Source: an uncultured Acidobacteriaceae bacterium (GTDB taxonomy: Bacteria > Acidobacteriota > Terriglobia > Terriglobales > Acidobacteriaceae). Taken from it: a stretch of 64,000 nucleotides of DNA. Positions 27,345-36,209 of the stretch are shown here, in pieces. The DNA lies in the NCBI GenBank assembly GCA_963819765.1, contig CAWFXF010000001.1:206506-270505 (forward strand), read 5' to 3'. Numbering within the stretch: position 1 is the stretch's first letter; every line of letters begins with the position of its first letter. The position numbers and the translations under genes were made by a program. Under the pieces are notes generated by a model. That model was not told the DNA's origin. It worked only from the letters and a program-made list of their open reading frames with translations, and did no database searches.

Positions 27345-27878
27345 ATGAGTGTCACCGAGGTGGATCTGCGGTTTCCGGTAGGAAAGTTTGAGCGGCCCGA
27401 GACGATTACCGAGGATGACCGGCTGAACGCGATTGCTTCGATTGCGGAGATGCCGGAACAATTGCGAAATGCGGTCGAAGGGCTGAATTCAGAACAGTTG
27501 AATACGCCCTATCGTGAGGACGGGTGGACCGTGCGTCAGCTGGTGCACCATATCGCTGACAGCCACATGAATGCGTTTATCCGGATAAGGCTTGCGCTGA
27601 CGGAGGACTGGCCCACGATCAAGCCGTATGACGAGAAGGCCTGGGCAACGCTGCACGATGCAGTCGCGCCGGTGGAGTGGTCGCTGGAACTGATTGAGGC
27701 GTTGCATGCCCGCTGGGTGATGATGCTCCAGGCGCTGACGGAGGAGCAGTGGACGCGTGGGTATCGGCATCCGGAGAGCGGGGAGACGACGGTGGAGTTG
27801 GCGACGCTGATCTATGGATGGCACTCGCGGCATCACGTGGCGCATATCACGCATTTGCGTACGACTAAAAGGTGGTAG
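27345..27878 (+). CDS. DinB/YfiT-family metal-dependent (thiol-)transferase-like protein
   Basis: The His triad context (LVHHIADSHMNAF, GWHSRHHVAHITHL) is typical of YfiT/DinB_2. Confidence 0.8.
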   Translation: MSVTEVDLRFPVGKFERPETITEDDRLNAIASIAEMPEQLRNAVEGLNSEQLNTPYREDGWTVRQLVHHIADSHMNAFIRIRLALTEDWPTIKPYDEKAWATLHDAVAPVEWSLELIEALHARWVMMLQALTEEQWTRGYRHPESGETTVELATLIYGWHSRHHVAHITHLRTTKRW

Positions 27879-27884
27879 AGCGCG

Positions 27885-28307
27885 TTGAATGAGATTCGGA
27901 TCGCGCGGAGTCCAGAAGAAATTGATCGCTGTTTCCTGGTGATGCATCAGCTTCGGCCCATGCTGACGGCGGAAAAGTTTGTCGAGCAGGTTGCGGTGCA
28001 GCAGGCTGAGGGCTATGAGCTTGCTTATCTCGAGCATGGTGAAGCAGTGGTTTGCGTCGCAGGATTCAGGGTGATTCATGTGCTTTGGAGTGGCAAGACG
28101 TTTTATGTCGATGATCTGGTGACCGATGAAGCGCAGCGTTCGCGAGGTCATGGCGAAACGATGTTGCAGTGGCTGATTGCACGAGCGCGGGAATTGGGCT
28201 GCGCGACGTTCAGTCTTGATTCGGGCACGCATCGAAAAGAAGCGCACGCGTTCTATATGCGGAATGGACTGCGCATCTCGGACTTCCATTTCCAGTTGGC
28301 ACTTTAG
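27885..28307 (+). CDS. GNAT-family N-acetyltransferase
   Basis: TTG start, acetyl-CoA motif A (QRSRGHGETMLQWL), 140 aa. Confidence 0.85.
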   Translation: MNEIRIARSPEEIDRCFLVMHQLRPMLTAEKFVEQVAVQQAEGYELAYLEHGEAVVCVAGFRVIHVLWSGKTFYVDDLVTDEAQRSRGHGETMLQWLIARARELGCATFSLDSGTHRKEAHAFYMRNGLRISDFHFQLAL

Positions 28308-28337
28308 ACGATGCGAAGGGTGTGTTAGGGTTCGGCT

Positions 28338-29963
28338 ATGCTCTCGCAGTCGCGGCCCTCCTCCACCACAAGTGATAGTCCCCAAACGGTAGAGATGATT
28401 GCGGCAGCGCTGGAGGGGTTTCTGGCGGAGCATCCGCGGGCGGTGGTGTTGGAGGATGGCCGCTCGATCTTCGAGATGCGTGAGGCAAAGTACCGGCTCG
28501 CGACCGACCATGGGCGCTGCACGCTGCATCTTTGGAGTGAAGAGAGAAATCTGGTTCGCCGTGTGAGTGCCGCAGTCGTGCGGAATGGAGCGCTTCGATT
28601 AAGTACTCATCGATTCGGACAGGTGAAGCCTCAGACGCTTGAACTGGTTGCGGACCGTGACCGAAGAACTCCTTCGGCGCGTGAGACGACACGAGTGCGG
28701 TATTTGCGTGTGCTGGACCGCGTGCTTGAGCGGGAGTTTCCTGAGTGGAAGGTCAATGGGCTGCGGACCGCGATGGACCTGGAGAAAAGCTTCGGGCCGG
28801 CGTATGCGCGTGGTTCATTGGTGAAGGGACAACATGCCTGGGCTGTAATCGCGGTGAACGACGAGGAGACTCCGGCGACAGTGGATGGGATTCTAACGCT
28901 GGGGATTCTATGGCTCGATTACTGCAGATCGAAGGGCGATGGACGCAGAGTGTATCAGGGATTGAAGATCTTTGTGCCGCGGGGAATGAGCGCGCTGACT
29001 GCTTCGCGCATGGCGTGGCTGAACGAGCGGGCGGCGCAGTGGGAGCTTTGGGAGCTGAACCAGAAGACTGAAGAGCTGCAGCAACGTGAGCCGGGGGATC
29101 ATGGCAATGTTGCGACGCGGCTGGTACATGCTCCCAATGAGGCTGCGGCTCGGGAGAGGTTTGCCGGTGCGATTGCGCGAGTGATGGCGCTGGTTCCTGA
29201 GGCGACGCGCGAGGTTGTGGAACAGAGGGTCCGGAGCGGGTCGGAGATTGCATTCCTGGTGCATGGCCTGGAGTTTGCGCGAGCGCGAGTGGGGTTCTCG
29301 GCGAACTCGTTCAATCGTGAGGAGGAGATTACGGTTGGCGCTGGAGCGAATGAGACTGGGCTGACGGCGGAGAATGAGGCGGAATTGCGCGAGCTTGTTG
29401 ATCGTCTGTTTGAGAGAAGGCATGCGGAAGGAGACAAGCGGGATCCGCTCTACAGGATGCAGCCGGAGCGTTGGTTGGAGAGCGTGCTTCGGCGGGAGGT
29501 TCAATCCCTTGATGAGCGATTGAATGCTGCGCACGTTTATACACAGGTCCCGGCGTTTGCGGCTGGGGATCGCGGGATGCTGGATCTGTTGAGTGTGTCG
29601 GACGATGGGCGGCTGGCGGTGATTGAATTGAAGGCGGACGATGACCTGCATCTCGCTCTCCAGGGATTGGACTACTGGGTGAGAGTGCGTTGGCATCATC
29701 GGCAGACTGCAGATGCGGCGGATCGGCAGAGTTTCGGGTTGGGCGAGTTTCAGCGGTTGGGATACTTTGGCGGGTTGCGATTATCGGGAGATGATCCGCG
29801 GTTGTATCTGGTGGCTCCGGCTTTGCGTGTTCATCCGGCTACGGAGGTTGTTCTGAAGTACTTCTCGCGGCGTGTAGATTGGACACTGGTTGCGCTGAAT
29901 GAGAGATGGCGCGAGAAGGTGAAAGTGGTTTGGAGAAAGCGGAGCACAGCGGCTGCTTTGTAA
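28338..29963 (+). CDS. uncharacterised 541-aa protein with C-terminal NucS/RecB-like PD-(D/E)xK nuclease motif set
   Basis: GMLDLLSVSDDGRLAVIELKADDDLHLALQGLDYW (nt 29583-29675) gives D-x13-E-x-K-x9-Q-x3-Y. I recognised no motif in the N-terminal 400 aa or so. Confidence 0.7.
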   Translation: MLSQSRPSSTTSDSPQTVEMIAAALEGFLAEHPRAVVLEDGRSIFEMREAKYRLATDHGRCTLHLWSEERNLVRRVSAAVVRNGALRLSTHRFGQVKPQTLELVADRDRRTPSARETTRVRYLRVLDRVLEREFPEWKVNGLRTAMDLEKSFGPAYARGSLVKGQHAWAVIAVNDEETPATVDGILTLGILWLDYCRSKGDGRRVYQGLKIFVPRGMSALTASRMAWLNERAAQWELWELNQKTEELQQREPGDHGNVATRLVHAPNEAAARERFAGAIARVMALVPEATREVVEQRVRSGSEIAFLVHGLEFARARVGFSANSFNREEEITVGAGANETGLTAENEAELRELVDRLFERRHAEGDKRDPLYRMQPERWLESVLRREVQSLDERLNAAHVYTQVPAFAAGDRGMLDLLSVSDDGRLAVIELKADDDLHLALQGLDYWVRVRWHHRQTADAADRQSFGLGEFQRLGYFGGLRLSGDDPRLYLVAPALRVHPATEVVLKYFSRRVDWTLVALNERWREKVKVVWRKRSTAAAL

Positions 29964-29998
29964 CTCCTGTGTATGCCGGCGTTACCGGAGGTAGCTTG

Positions 29999-30814
29999 AT
30001 GCGTTTGGTATGTGCGGCTGCGTTGTTTGCTGTGCTTGGTTCGGCGAGTGCAGGTCGGCAGAATGATGGTGCGTCGAAATGGAAGATGACGTGGAGCGAT
30101 GAGTTCAACGGGGCGGATGGAAGCTCACTAGATGCCTCAAAATGGGTTTTTGATCTGGGGGGCAGTGGGTGGGGCAATAAGGAGCTTGAGAGCTATACAG
30201 CGCGTCCGGTAAATGTACAGCTGCGTGGGGGAAATCTTGTCATCACGGCGCGGAAAGAGGATTACACCGGCACGGATGGGATGGCTCGGCCATATACATC
30301 GGGACGGATCAAGACGCGGGGCTTGTTTGCTCAGACTTATGGGCGGTTTGAAGCCCGGATGCAGTTGCCGGTGGGCAAGGGCATCTGGCCCGCCTGGTGG
30401 ATGCTGGGTGAGGACATTGGCAGTACAGGGTGGCCGAAGGCAGGCGAGATCGATGTAATGGAGTGCATCGGTGATCCGTTGATGATCTACAGTACGCTGC
30501 ATGGACCGGGTTACAGCGGGGCGAAGGGCATCTCGGCGAAGTTCGCCGTGCCTGCTGGTTCAGAGGTGAACAAGGGATTTCATGTTTATGCGGTGGAGTG
30601 GGCACCGAATGACATCAAGTTCTTTTTCGATGACCATCTGATTGCAGAGAGGACGCCTAAGGATCTGCCGGAGGGGGCGGCGTGGGTTTATGACCATCCT
30701 TTCTTCCTGCTGCTGAATGTGGCGGTGGGTGGGGCGTGGCCGGGATATCCGGACGAGACGACGGTGTTTCCGCAGCGGATGCTGGTGGACTATGTGCGGG
30801 TGTACTCGCGTTAG
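29999..30814 (+). CDS. secreted glycoside hydrolase family 16 (beta-glucanase/laminarinase-like)
   Basis: Catalytic EIDVMECIG. The likely start is MRLVCAAALFAVLGSASA (29999) after GGAG. The track start at 29906 overlaps the upstream gene. Confidence 0.85.
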   Translation: MRLVCAAALFAVLGSASAGRQNDGASKWKMTWSDEFNGADGSSLDASKWVFDLGGSGWGNKELESYTARPVNVQLRGGNLVITARKEDYTGTDGMARPYTSGRIKTRGLFAQTYGRFEARMQLPVGKGIWPAWWMLGEDIGSTGWPKAGEIDVMECIGDPLMIYSTLHGPGYSGAKGISAKFAVPAGSEVNKGFHVYAVEWAPNDIKFFFDDHLIAERTPKDLPEGAAWVYDHPFFLLLNVAVGGAWPGYPDETTVFPQRMLVDYVRVYSR

Positions 30815-31737
30815 TCGTTGGGATCCTGCGGGCTTGGGTGTTTAGCGGTGAAAGGTGAGCAGCAGGGGTCCTGTTTGGGGGTGAACTCCATGAACTCGAC
30901 GCGGGTGAGGTCGGGGTCGTAGAGGTTGAGTTGGACCTTGCCGTCCTTGCCAAGTTGAGACTTGGTGCAGTTGGGGCCTTCGCAGTGGTTGCGCGCGAGG
31001 GCGGCGAGGGTGTCGGGCATGCTGACGACGCCCAGGGAGAAGTGGTTCATGACTCCGGCGTGCTGGAGGGTTGGGTTGGGGCCGTTGTTGAGCATGTACT
31101 CGAGCCAGTCGGTTCCGTCGGGGACCTGCTGGCTGACCCAGTTGTCGACGCCGTCTTTGGGGCCTCCGTGCCAGTAGGGGCGGAAGCCGAGGATGTCGCG
31201 CCAGAAGGTGTTCTCTTTGGCCTGATCGGTGACCATGAAGCCTACGTGAATGATGCGGTGGCTGGGTGCGTTGGGTAAGGCAGTTGCTTTGGCGACGTCT
31301 TTCTCCGAGCCTTTCTGGACGAAGATGACGAGGTTGCCTTCAGGATCGCGGACTGCGAACTGTCCGTTCTTTAGCGGTTGTTCGGGCTTGATGCCTTTGG
31401 ATTCGAGGTAGCTCTGGAGCTGTTTGGCGTTGGTGGTGGTGAAGGCTACGGCGGCGAGGCGGTTATCAGCGTGCGGTGGCGGCGTGTTGGTGATGAGTTC
31501 GACCCACTGCGACTGGTTGATCGGGTAGAGAAGCATTCCGTCGGCTTGCTTGCGCTCGTAACCGAGTGTGTCGCCGTAGAACTTCTGCGCGGCTTCGGGA
31601 TTGGTGGTGTAGAAGCGGGCGAAGGCGACTCCTGTGATCGGTGGACGTTGCTGAGCGAAGGCGAATGAGGAGAGCAGGCTGGCGAGCAGAACGATTCGTC
31701 GCAGAGAGATCATAGGACGAAACTTTAATGACCTCAC
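30811..31737 (-). CDS. secreted two-domain VOC (glyoxalase/dioxygenase-fold) protein
   Basis: Signal peptide plus two VOC-like modules (GVAFARFYT..., IIHVGFMVTD...). Confidence 0.65.
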   Translation of the reverse strand: MRSLKFRPMISLRRIVLLASLLSSFAFAQQRPPITGVAFARFYTTNPEAAQKFYGDTLGYERKQADGMLLYPINQSQWVELITNTPPPHADNRLAAVAFTTTNAKQLQSYLESKGIKPEQPLKNGQFAVRDPEGNLVIFVQKGSEKDVAKATALPNAPSHRIIHVGFMVTDQAKENTFWRDILGFRPYWHGGPKDGVDNWVSQQVPDGTDWLEYMLNNGPNPTLQHAGVMNHFSLGVVSMPDTLAALARNHCEGPNCTKSQLGKDGKVQLNLYDPDLTRVEFMEFTPKQDPCCSPFTAKHPSPQDPND

Positions 31738-31756
31738 CGCAGCGCGGTCAAACGAT

Positions 31757-33073
31757 TTAGTCGCAGCCTGCTCCCAGAGCTTCGAGAGAGGTTGCGGGAT
31801 CTTCGATCAGGTCTTCGGTAGTGGCTTCGTGTTGCGCTTCGAAGAAGCGTTCGACTGCGCTGATGACGGCGTCGCCGTTTTTGCATTCGAAGATTTGTTT
31901 GCGCAGGGCTCCTCCGCCGGGGACTCCGTGGGTGAACCAGGAGGCGAACTGCTTCATCCTGCCGACGGCGTCGCGGTTTCGTTTTTCGCGGGCGATCTGG
32001 CCGGAGGCGATGATGGCTTCGGTGCGGGCGGCTTCGGCGGCCTCTTCGATGGCTATCTCGTCGACCAGCATCTGGAAGTAGGTGCGGATCATGCGGTAGC
32101 GGTCTTGGTTGGTGGGGTGGTCGTAGGTTCCTACGCCGGTGGCTTCCTTGGATGCGGTGTACTGGGCGATCTGGCGGAAGATCCAGGGGTTGGCGGGGGC
32201 GGTGCGGCCGATCATGACGGCGTCGCAGTGGGTGGCTTCGACCATGGCGGCGGCGTCTTCGGGGGTGCGGATGTCTCCATTTCCAATCACCGGGATTTTG
32301 ACAGCATCTTTGCAGGCGGCGATGTACTCCCACTTGGCCTGGCCGGTGTATCCGTCTTCGCGGGTGCGGGCGTGGAGGGCGCAGGCGTTGAGTCCGTTGT
32401 CTTCGGCCATGCGGGCGAGCTCGACGCAGACGATGTGGTTGTCGTTCCAGCCCATGCGGAACTTGACGGTAAAGGGGATGGTGACGGCGGCGCGGATGGC
32501 CTTGAAGATGCGCTCGATGTGCGGGAGGTCCTTGAGCAGACCGGAGCCTCCGTTGCAGGCGACGACTCGCTTGGCGGGGCAACCGAGGTTGAGGTCGACG
32601 ATGTCGAAGCCGGCGTCCTGGACGATGCGTGCGGAGTCGGCGAGGGTCTCGGGGTTGGAGCCGAAGAGCTGCGCGGAGATGGGGTGCTCGTCGTCGTAGT
32701 AGGTGAGGTAGCGCTTGCGCTTGGTTTCGCGCATGCGGGAGAGGCCGTCGGCCGAGGTGAACTCGGTCATGATGAGGCCGCAGCCGGATTGCTGGTTGGT
32801 TGTTTCTTTTTCGACAGCAGTGGCGCTCTGAGCCCACATCTCAGAATCGAGATGTGGGGCACCCGCATTCGTGGCCAAGGTGAACTGGCTGGCGTTTTTG
32901 ATGAAGCGGCGGAAGACGGTGTCGGTTACTCCGGCCATGGGGGCGAGGACGGTTGCCGGTGCAATGGCGACGTTGCTGATGGAGAAGCCGGCGGGGACGC
33001 GGGCTTGCGCGGGCATGGCGTGCTCGCGGGGCGAGTCCCACTTCTTCTGCTCGAGTGTGTAGCGCTTCTTCAT
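31757..33073 (-). CDS. tRNA-dihydrouridine synthase (with an insertion of about 40 aa after the N-terminal strand)
   Basis: VLAPMAGVTDTVFRRF, DLNLGCPAKRV, ALHARTRE and MIGRTAPANPWIF. The start could instead be Met20 (33016). Confidence 0.85.
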   Translation of the reverse strand: MKKRYTLEQKKWDSPREHAMPAQARVPAGFSISNVAIAPATVLAPMAGVTDTVFRRFIKNASQFTLATNAGAPHLDSEMWAQSATAVEKETTNQQSGCGLIMTEFTSADGLSRMRETKRKRYLTYYDDEHPISAQLFGSNPETLADSARIVQDAGFDIVDLNLGCPAKRVVACNGGSGLLKDLPHIERIFKAIRAAVTIPFTVKFRMGWNDNHIVCVELARMAEDNGLNACALHARTREDGYTGQAKWEYIAACKDAVKIPVIGNGDIRTPEDAAAMVEATHCDAVMIGRTAPANPWIFRQIAQYTASKEATGVGTYDHPTNQDRYRMIRTYFQMLVDEIAIEEAAEAARTEAIIASGQIAREKRNRDAVGRMKQFASWFTHGVPGGGALRKQIFECKNGDAVISAVERFFEAQHEATTEDLIEDPATSLEALGAGCD

Positions 33074-33120
33074 AAGGGCTTAGGGCTAAGGGCTAAGGCT
33101 TGGGGCTAAGGCTTAGGGCT
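33074..33120. repeat. degenerate tandem heptamer (A/T)AGGGCT array; G-run-rich on the plus strand
   Basis: AAGGGCT TAGGGCT AAGGGCT AAGGCTTGGGGCT AAGGCTTAGGGCT, directly adjoining the dus ATG at 33073. G3-4 runs lie at 33076, 33083, 33090, 33102 and 33116. Confidence 0.8.
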
Positions 33121-33128
33121 CAGAAGTT

Positions 33129-33155
33129 GAGGCCTCCGCGTTTGGCGGAGGCCTC
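33129..33155. terminator. perfect 11-bp hairpin downstream of rpmE
   Basis: GAGGCCTCCGC-GTTTG-GCGGAGGCCTC, 22 nt after the rpmE stop. There is no clear U-tract on the minus strand, so it may be a stabiliser or terminator. Confidence 0.45.
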
Positions 33156-33176
33156 TCGTTGGGGTTTCGGCTCCGC

Positions 33177-33410
33177 TTACTTTGCGGCCGCGGCCTTGCC
33201 GGCGTCGGACTGGGAGAACTTGCGGCGGAAGCGCTCGACGCGTCCGGCGGTGTCTATCAGCTTCTGCTTACCGGTGAAGAACGGGTGGCAGTTGGAGCAG
33301 ATTTCGAGATGGAGGTCGCCCTTGTGCGTGGAGCGAGTATCGAATTGATTTCCGCAGGCGCACTTGACGTGAATGGTTTCGTACTTGGGGTGGATTCCCT
33401 GTTTAGGCAT
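33177..33410 (-). CDS. rpmE: 50S ribosomal protein L31 (Zn-ribbon type)
   Basis: [50 protein letters not shown]. The internal Met of track ORF 33177-33530 is the true start. Confidence 0.95.
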   Translation of the reverse strand: MPKQGIHPKYETIHVKCACGNQFDTRSTHKGDLHLEICSNCHPFFTGKQKLIDTAGRVERFRRKFSQSDAGKAAAAK

Positions 33411-33539
33411 AGTTCTATCCTTTGAATGCAAATGGCTCGCCGGTTCGCGGATCGCTTGCAACGGTATGGTCACGTCACATCGAAGGGCCTGTCGCGGTGC
33501 CGGGCACACCCCTGGTTTCTGGAGTGGCAAGCTCTTATT

Positions 33540-33548
33540 ATTTTAGCA
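33540..33548 (-). promoter_or_regulatory. possible extended -10 (TGCTAAAAT) for rpmE
   Basis: The reverse complement of ATTTTAGCA lies about 125 nt upstream of the rpmE ATG. The -35 is weak. Confidence 0.3.
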
Positions 33549-33600
33549 TTTCACTGCACCGGCGAGGGTTGCCGGGCTTGGTGTCCTGGGTGTCCCAGTG

Positions 33601-33900
33601 CCCCCTCCCCTATCTTTTGGTGCAAATTGTTCATTTTGTTCAGTTTAGATCCTAGCCTTCCGCGTAAATTATTCTATTGAAATGAGTTGTAGGCAAAGTA
33701 TTCAAAATAAATGATTTATTTGATTGATGAGATTCGGAGATGGGTTTGGGCTTTTCGGTCTATCTCTATAATAGTGGATTGAGAGAACTAGTCTGCCACT
33801 TGTGGAAAGGATATTTTCCGACATAAGTGGCTGTTTTTCTTAGTCTTGTGATGATCGGGCCCATCGAGAGGACTTGACCGGCGTTTTGCTGAGGTTCTGC
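33601..33900 (+). repeat. intergenic repeat family, copy B
   Basis: CCCCCTCCCCTATCTTTTG...GCAAATTGTTCA...TTTAGATC...CCGCGTAAATTATTC...TATAAT (33767-33772)...AACTAGTCTGCCAC...GGACTTGACC (TTGACC at 33874-33879). Confidence 0.8.
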
Positions 33901-33999
33901 GTGGCTTCCCCCCCAAGTTATTGAAAAGATGAACGCAGGGGCGCGAGTTTTCGCCGATTACGCCCGCGGGTCTGGTGGCTACGCGGGGAATGAATACAT

Positions 34000-34025
34000 C
34001 TGGCGGGTCGTTGCCGACCCGCCAG
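34000..34025. terminator. perfect 11-bp hairpin about 100 nt downstream of the SDR gene
   Basis: CTGGCGGGTCG-TTGC-CGACCCGCCAG. On the minus strand it is followed by ATGTATTCATT. Confidence 0.4.
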
Positions 34026-34123
34026 ATGTGGGAAGCCAATTTCGAAGCCGGGCGATCTTCATTCGTGGTCTGGTGGGGACATTTAAAGAGGAATTGTCAT
34101 AGCGGGGATTTGCAATGGGCGGG

Positions 34124-34918
34124 TTAGTCGGCCAGGCTCCCCATGGTTAAGTTGACGATTGTGCCTGTCATCCCGCTCGCCCCATCGGACGCTATGAAGA
34201 CCGCCATGTTTGCCACTTCGTCAAGCGCTATGACACGTCGAGGATGGGTTGAGCCGGCGAGGAACCCGTTAGTGAACTGCTCCCAGGTTATGCCTAGTGC
34301 GGGAGCCTTGAGATCGAAGACTTCCCTCATTGTGCCGCTCTCGGGGATGCCGTGGGGGCGTAGCGCGACGACACGAATGCCATGAGGCGCGAATTCCGCG
34401 GACAGGTCTCGCGTGAGCGCTTCCTTGGCGGCCTGCGCCGAACCGTAGCCACCGTTCGAACGAACACCCATCCGTGCGGGTAATGCGCTGAGGGTCATGA
34501 TCACTCCCGATTTTTTGGGGATCATGCGCTTTGCGGCTGTGCGCGCGGTCAGGAAGTAGGACCTTGTGTAGTTCGCGATGGGCAGGGAGAACTTTTCAAC
34601 ATCAAGCTCGGTGAAAGGCACGCCGAGATACGTCGCGGGCTGGAGGCCGATGGCGTTGAAGGAAATGTCGACGCGACCTGCCTTATCGATTACGGATTGC
34701 AGGTGCTTGTCGATAGCCTGCTCGTCAAGGGCCTCGACCTCGGCTGCTTCGGCTGATCCGCCTGCGGAGACGATGTCTTTGGTGACCGCCTCGAGAGGTG
34801 CGCGGCGGCGTCCGGTGAGAAAAAGCGTAGCTCCTTCGCGTGCAAAGGCGCGTGCGACAGCACCGCCGATGTCGCCTCCGGCTCCGTAGATTACAGCAAC
34901 CTTGTCCTTCAAAAGCAT
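34124..34918 (-). CDS. SDR-family oxidoreductase
   Basis: MLLKDKVAVIYGAGGDIGGAVARAF Rossmann motif, 264 aa. The track ORF runs to 35344, but the upstream part is Arg/His/Pro-rich junk. Confidence 0.85.
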   Translation of the reverse strand: MLLKDKVAVIYGAGGDIGGAVARAFAREGATLFLTGRRRAPLEAVTKDIVSAGGSAEAAEVEALDEQAIDKHLQSVIDKAGRVDISFNAIGLQPATYLGVPFTELDVEKFSLPIANYTRSYFLTARTAAKRMIPKKSGVIMTLSALPARMGVRSNGGYGSAQAAKEALTRDLSAEFAPHGIRVVALRPHGIPESGTMREVFDLKAPALGITWEQFTNGFLAGSTHPRRVIALDEVANMAVFIASDGASGMTGTIVNLTMGSLAD

Positions 34919-35170
34919 CTGGGGTTCCTTTCTGTGTGCGGGTTGAGAGAGACAGCTTGTCTCTATGGCTGACATTTTCGTTATGGGGCCGGGGATTGTC
35001 CCCGTTTGCTCATAGAGACACCGCGACGGCGGAAAACCGGGCGCTCCGCGATACGTTGCGGGTTTGAAAAACTGATTCCACGAATGCCGCCCAATTTGTG
35101 TTCCCGGCGGTGTCTGCACAGAATGGAGGTGTGTGTGAGGATGCTGGCTGAGGGTAAGACGATCGTGATT

Positions 35171-36208
35171 ATGACCGACCTGATGAACGATCTTGTGTTG
35201 CGGGCGCGCGCTGGAGAGGAAAATGCGTTTCGAGCGCTGACAGAGCCGCACCGCCGGGAGCTGCAGGTGCACTGCTACCGGATGCTGGGTTCGTTTCAGG
35301 ATGCCGAGGATGCTCTGCAGGATACGCTGCTGGCGGCGTGGCAAGGCCTTCCCGGGTTCGAAGGACGGTCGTCGCTGCGCACGTGGCTCTATCGGATTGC
35401 CACGAACCGGTGCCTCAACGCGCTGCGCTCATCAAGCCGGCGTGCGGCCAAGCCGTGGGACGTCCCTGGAGTTCACCCGCCGGAGCCAACCCAGCTGGGA
35501 GAGGTCGTATGGCTCGAGCCATTTCCCGACGCTTTGCTTGAAGGTGCGATGGACTTGTTGCCCGGCCCGGAGGCGCGCTACGAACAGACCGAATCGATTT
35601 CTCTGGCCTTTGTGAAGGCCCTTCAGGTTCTGCCGCCTCGACAGCTTGCTGTCCTCATCCTGCGTGACGTTCTTGGATTCCAGGCGAACGAGGTGGCCGA
35701 TATGCTGGACTCGACGGTCGAATCGGTCAACAGCGCTTTGAAACGGGCGCGGGCCAGCCTTGAACGCCAACGTCCGTCAGCCGTCGATCGCGAACCGGCT
35801 CGCAGGCCTGACTCGGCGTTCGAGGATGCGATCGTGTCGAAGTTTGTCAGCGCGTGGGAGTCTGCCGATCTCGACGCGCTGGTGGCGCTTCTGACGGATG
35901 ACGTCTTCATCTCGATGCCGCCGATGCCCTTTGAATATGAGGGCCGAGAACTGGTGGCTCAATTCTGTGCCTGCATCTTCGGGGCGGGTCGAAGGTTCGA
36001 GCTTGTGCGAACGAGAGCGAACGGCCAGCCGGCGCTGGGAGCGTATCTGCGCTCCGCAAACGGCAGCCATGGGATCGGCTTTTACGTTCTCACTCTGAGG
36101 GGGGATCGGATCTGCGCGATGACGCGCTTTGAGAACAACGTGCTGCCATGGTTCGGGCTGCCGCGATCGGTTCCGGGCCATGTAGAATCCGAGGTGGGAG
36201 GTTGTTGA
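35171..36208 (+). CDS. ECF sigma-70 factor with NTF2/SnoaL-like C-terminal extension (SigG/SigJ-like)
   Basis: Region 2 is HCYRMLGSFQDAEDALQDTLLAAWQGLPGFEGRSSLRTWLYRIATNRCLNALR and region 4 is LPPRQLAVLILRDVLGFQANEVADML. A C-terminal domain of about 130 aa follows. The start is ambiguous (35123-35171). Confidence 0.85.
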   Translation: MTDLMNDLVLRARAGEENAFRALTEPHRRELQVHCYRMLGSFQDAEDALQDTLLAAWQGLPGFEGRSSLRTWLYRIATNRCLNALRSSSRRAAKPWDVPGVHPPEPTQLGEVVWLEPFPDALLEGAMDLLPGPEARYEQTESISLAFVKALQVLPPRQLAVLILRDVLGFQANEVADMLDSTVESVNSALKRARASLERQRPSAVDREPARRPDSAFEDAIVSKFVSAWESADLDALVALLTDDVFISMPPMPFEYEGRELVAQFCACIFGAGRRFELVRTRANGQPALGAYLRSANGSHGIGFYVLTLRGDRICAMTRFENNVLPWFGLPRSVPGHVESEVGGC

Positions 36209-36209
36209 G

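Noticed and set aside
27489-28529. 346-aa minus-strand ORF spanning the DinB and GNAT genes
   Set aside because: It has His/Arg/Leu/Pro-rich composition and no motif. Both plus-strand genes carry family signatures.
31734-33109. 367-aa minus and 426-aa plus ORFs overlapping the dihydrouridine synthase gene
   Set aside because: They are Arg/Pro/His-rich or Gly/Asp/Val-rich shadow ORFs with no motifs. The Dus frame is unambiguous.
33619-33640. Sigma-54 or other defined promoter inside repeat block II (TGGTGCAAATTGTTCA)
   Set aside because: The GG-N10-GC spacing is not met, since the position of the -12 element reads TC.
34919-35344. N-terminal extensions of track ORFs (SDR to 35344, kdsA to 43939, coaX to 4216, cca to 53738, fdhA C-terminal ORF to 50219, amine oxidase to 51994)
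   Set aside because: The extensions are Arg/Pro/Ser/His-rich and lack homology-like sequence. Internal starts give canonical N-termini.
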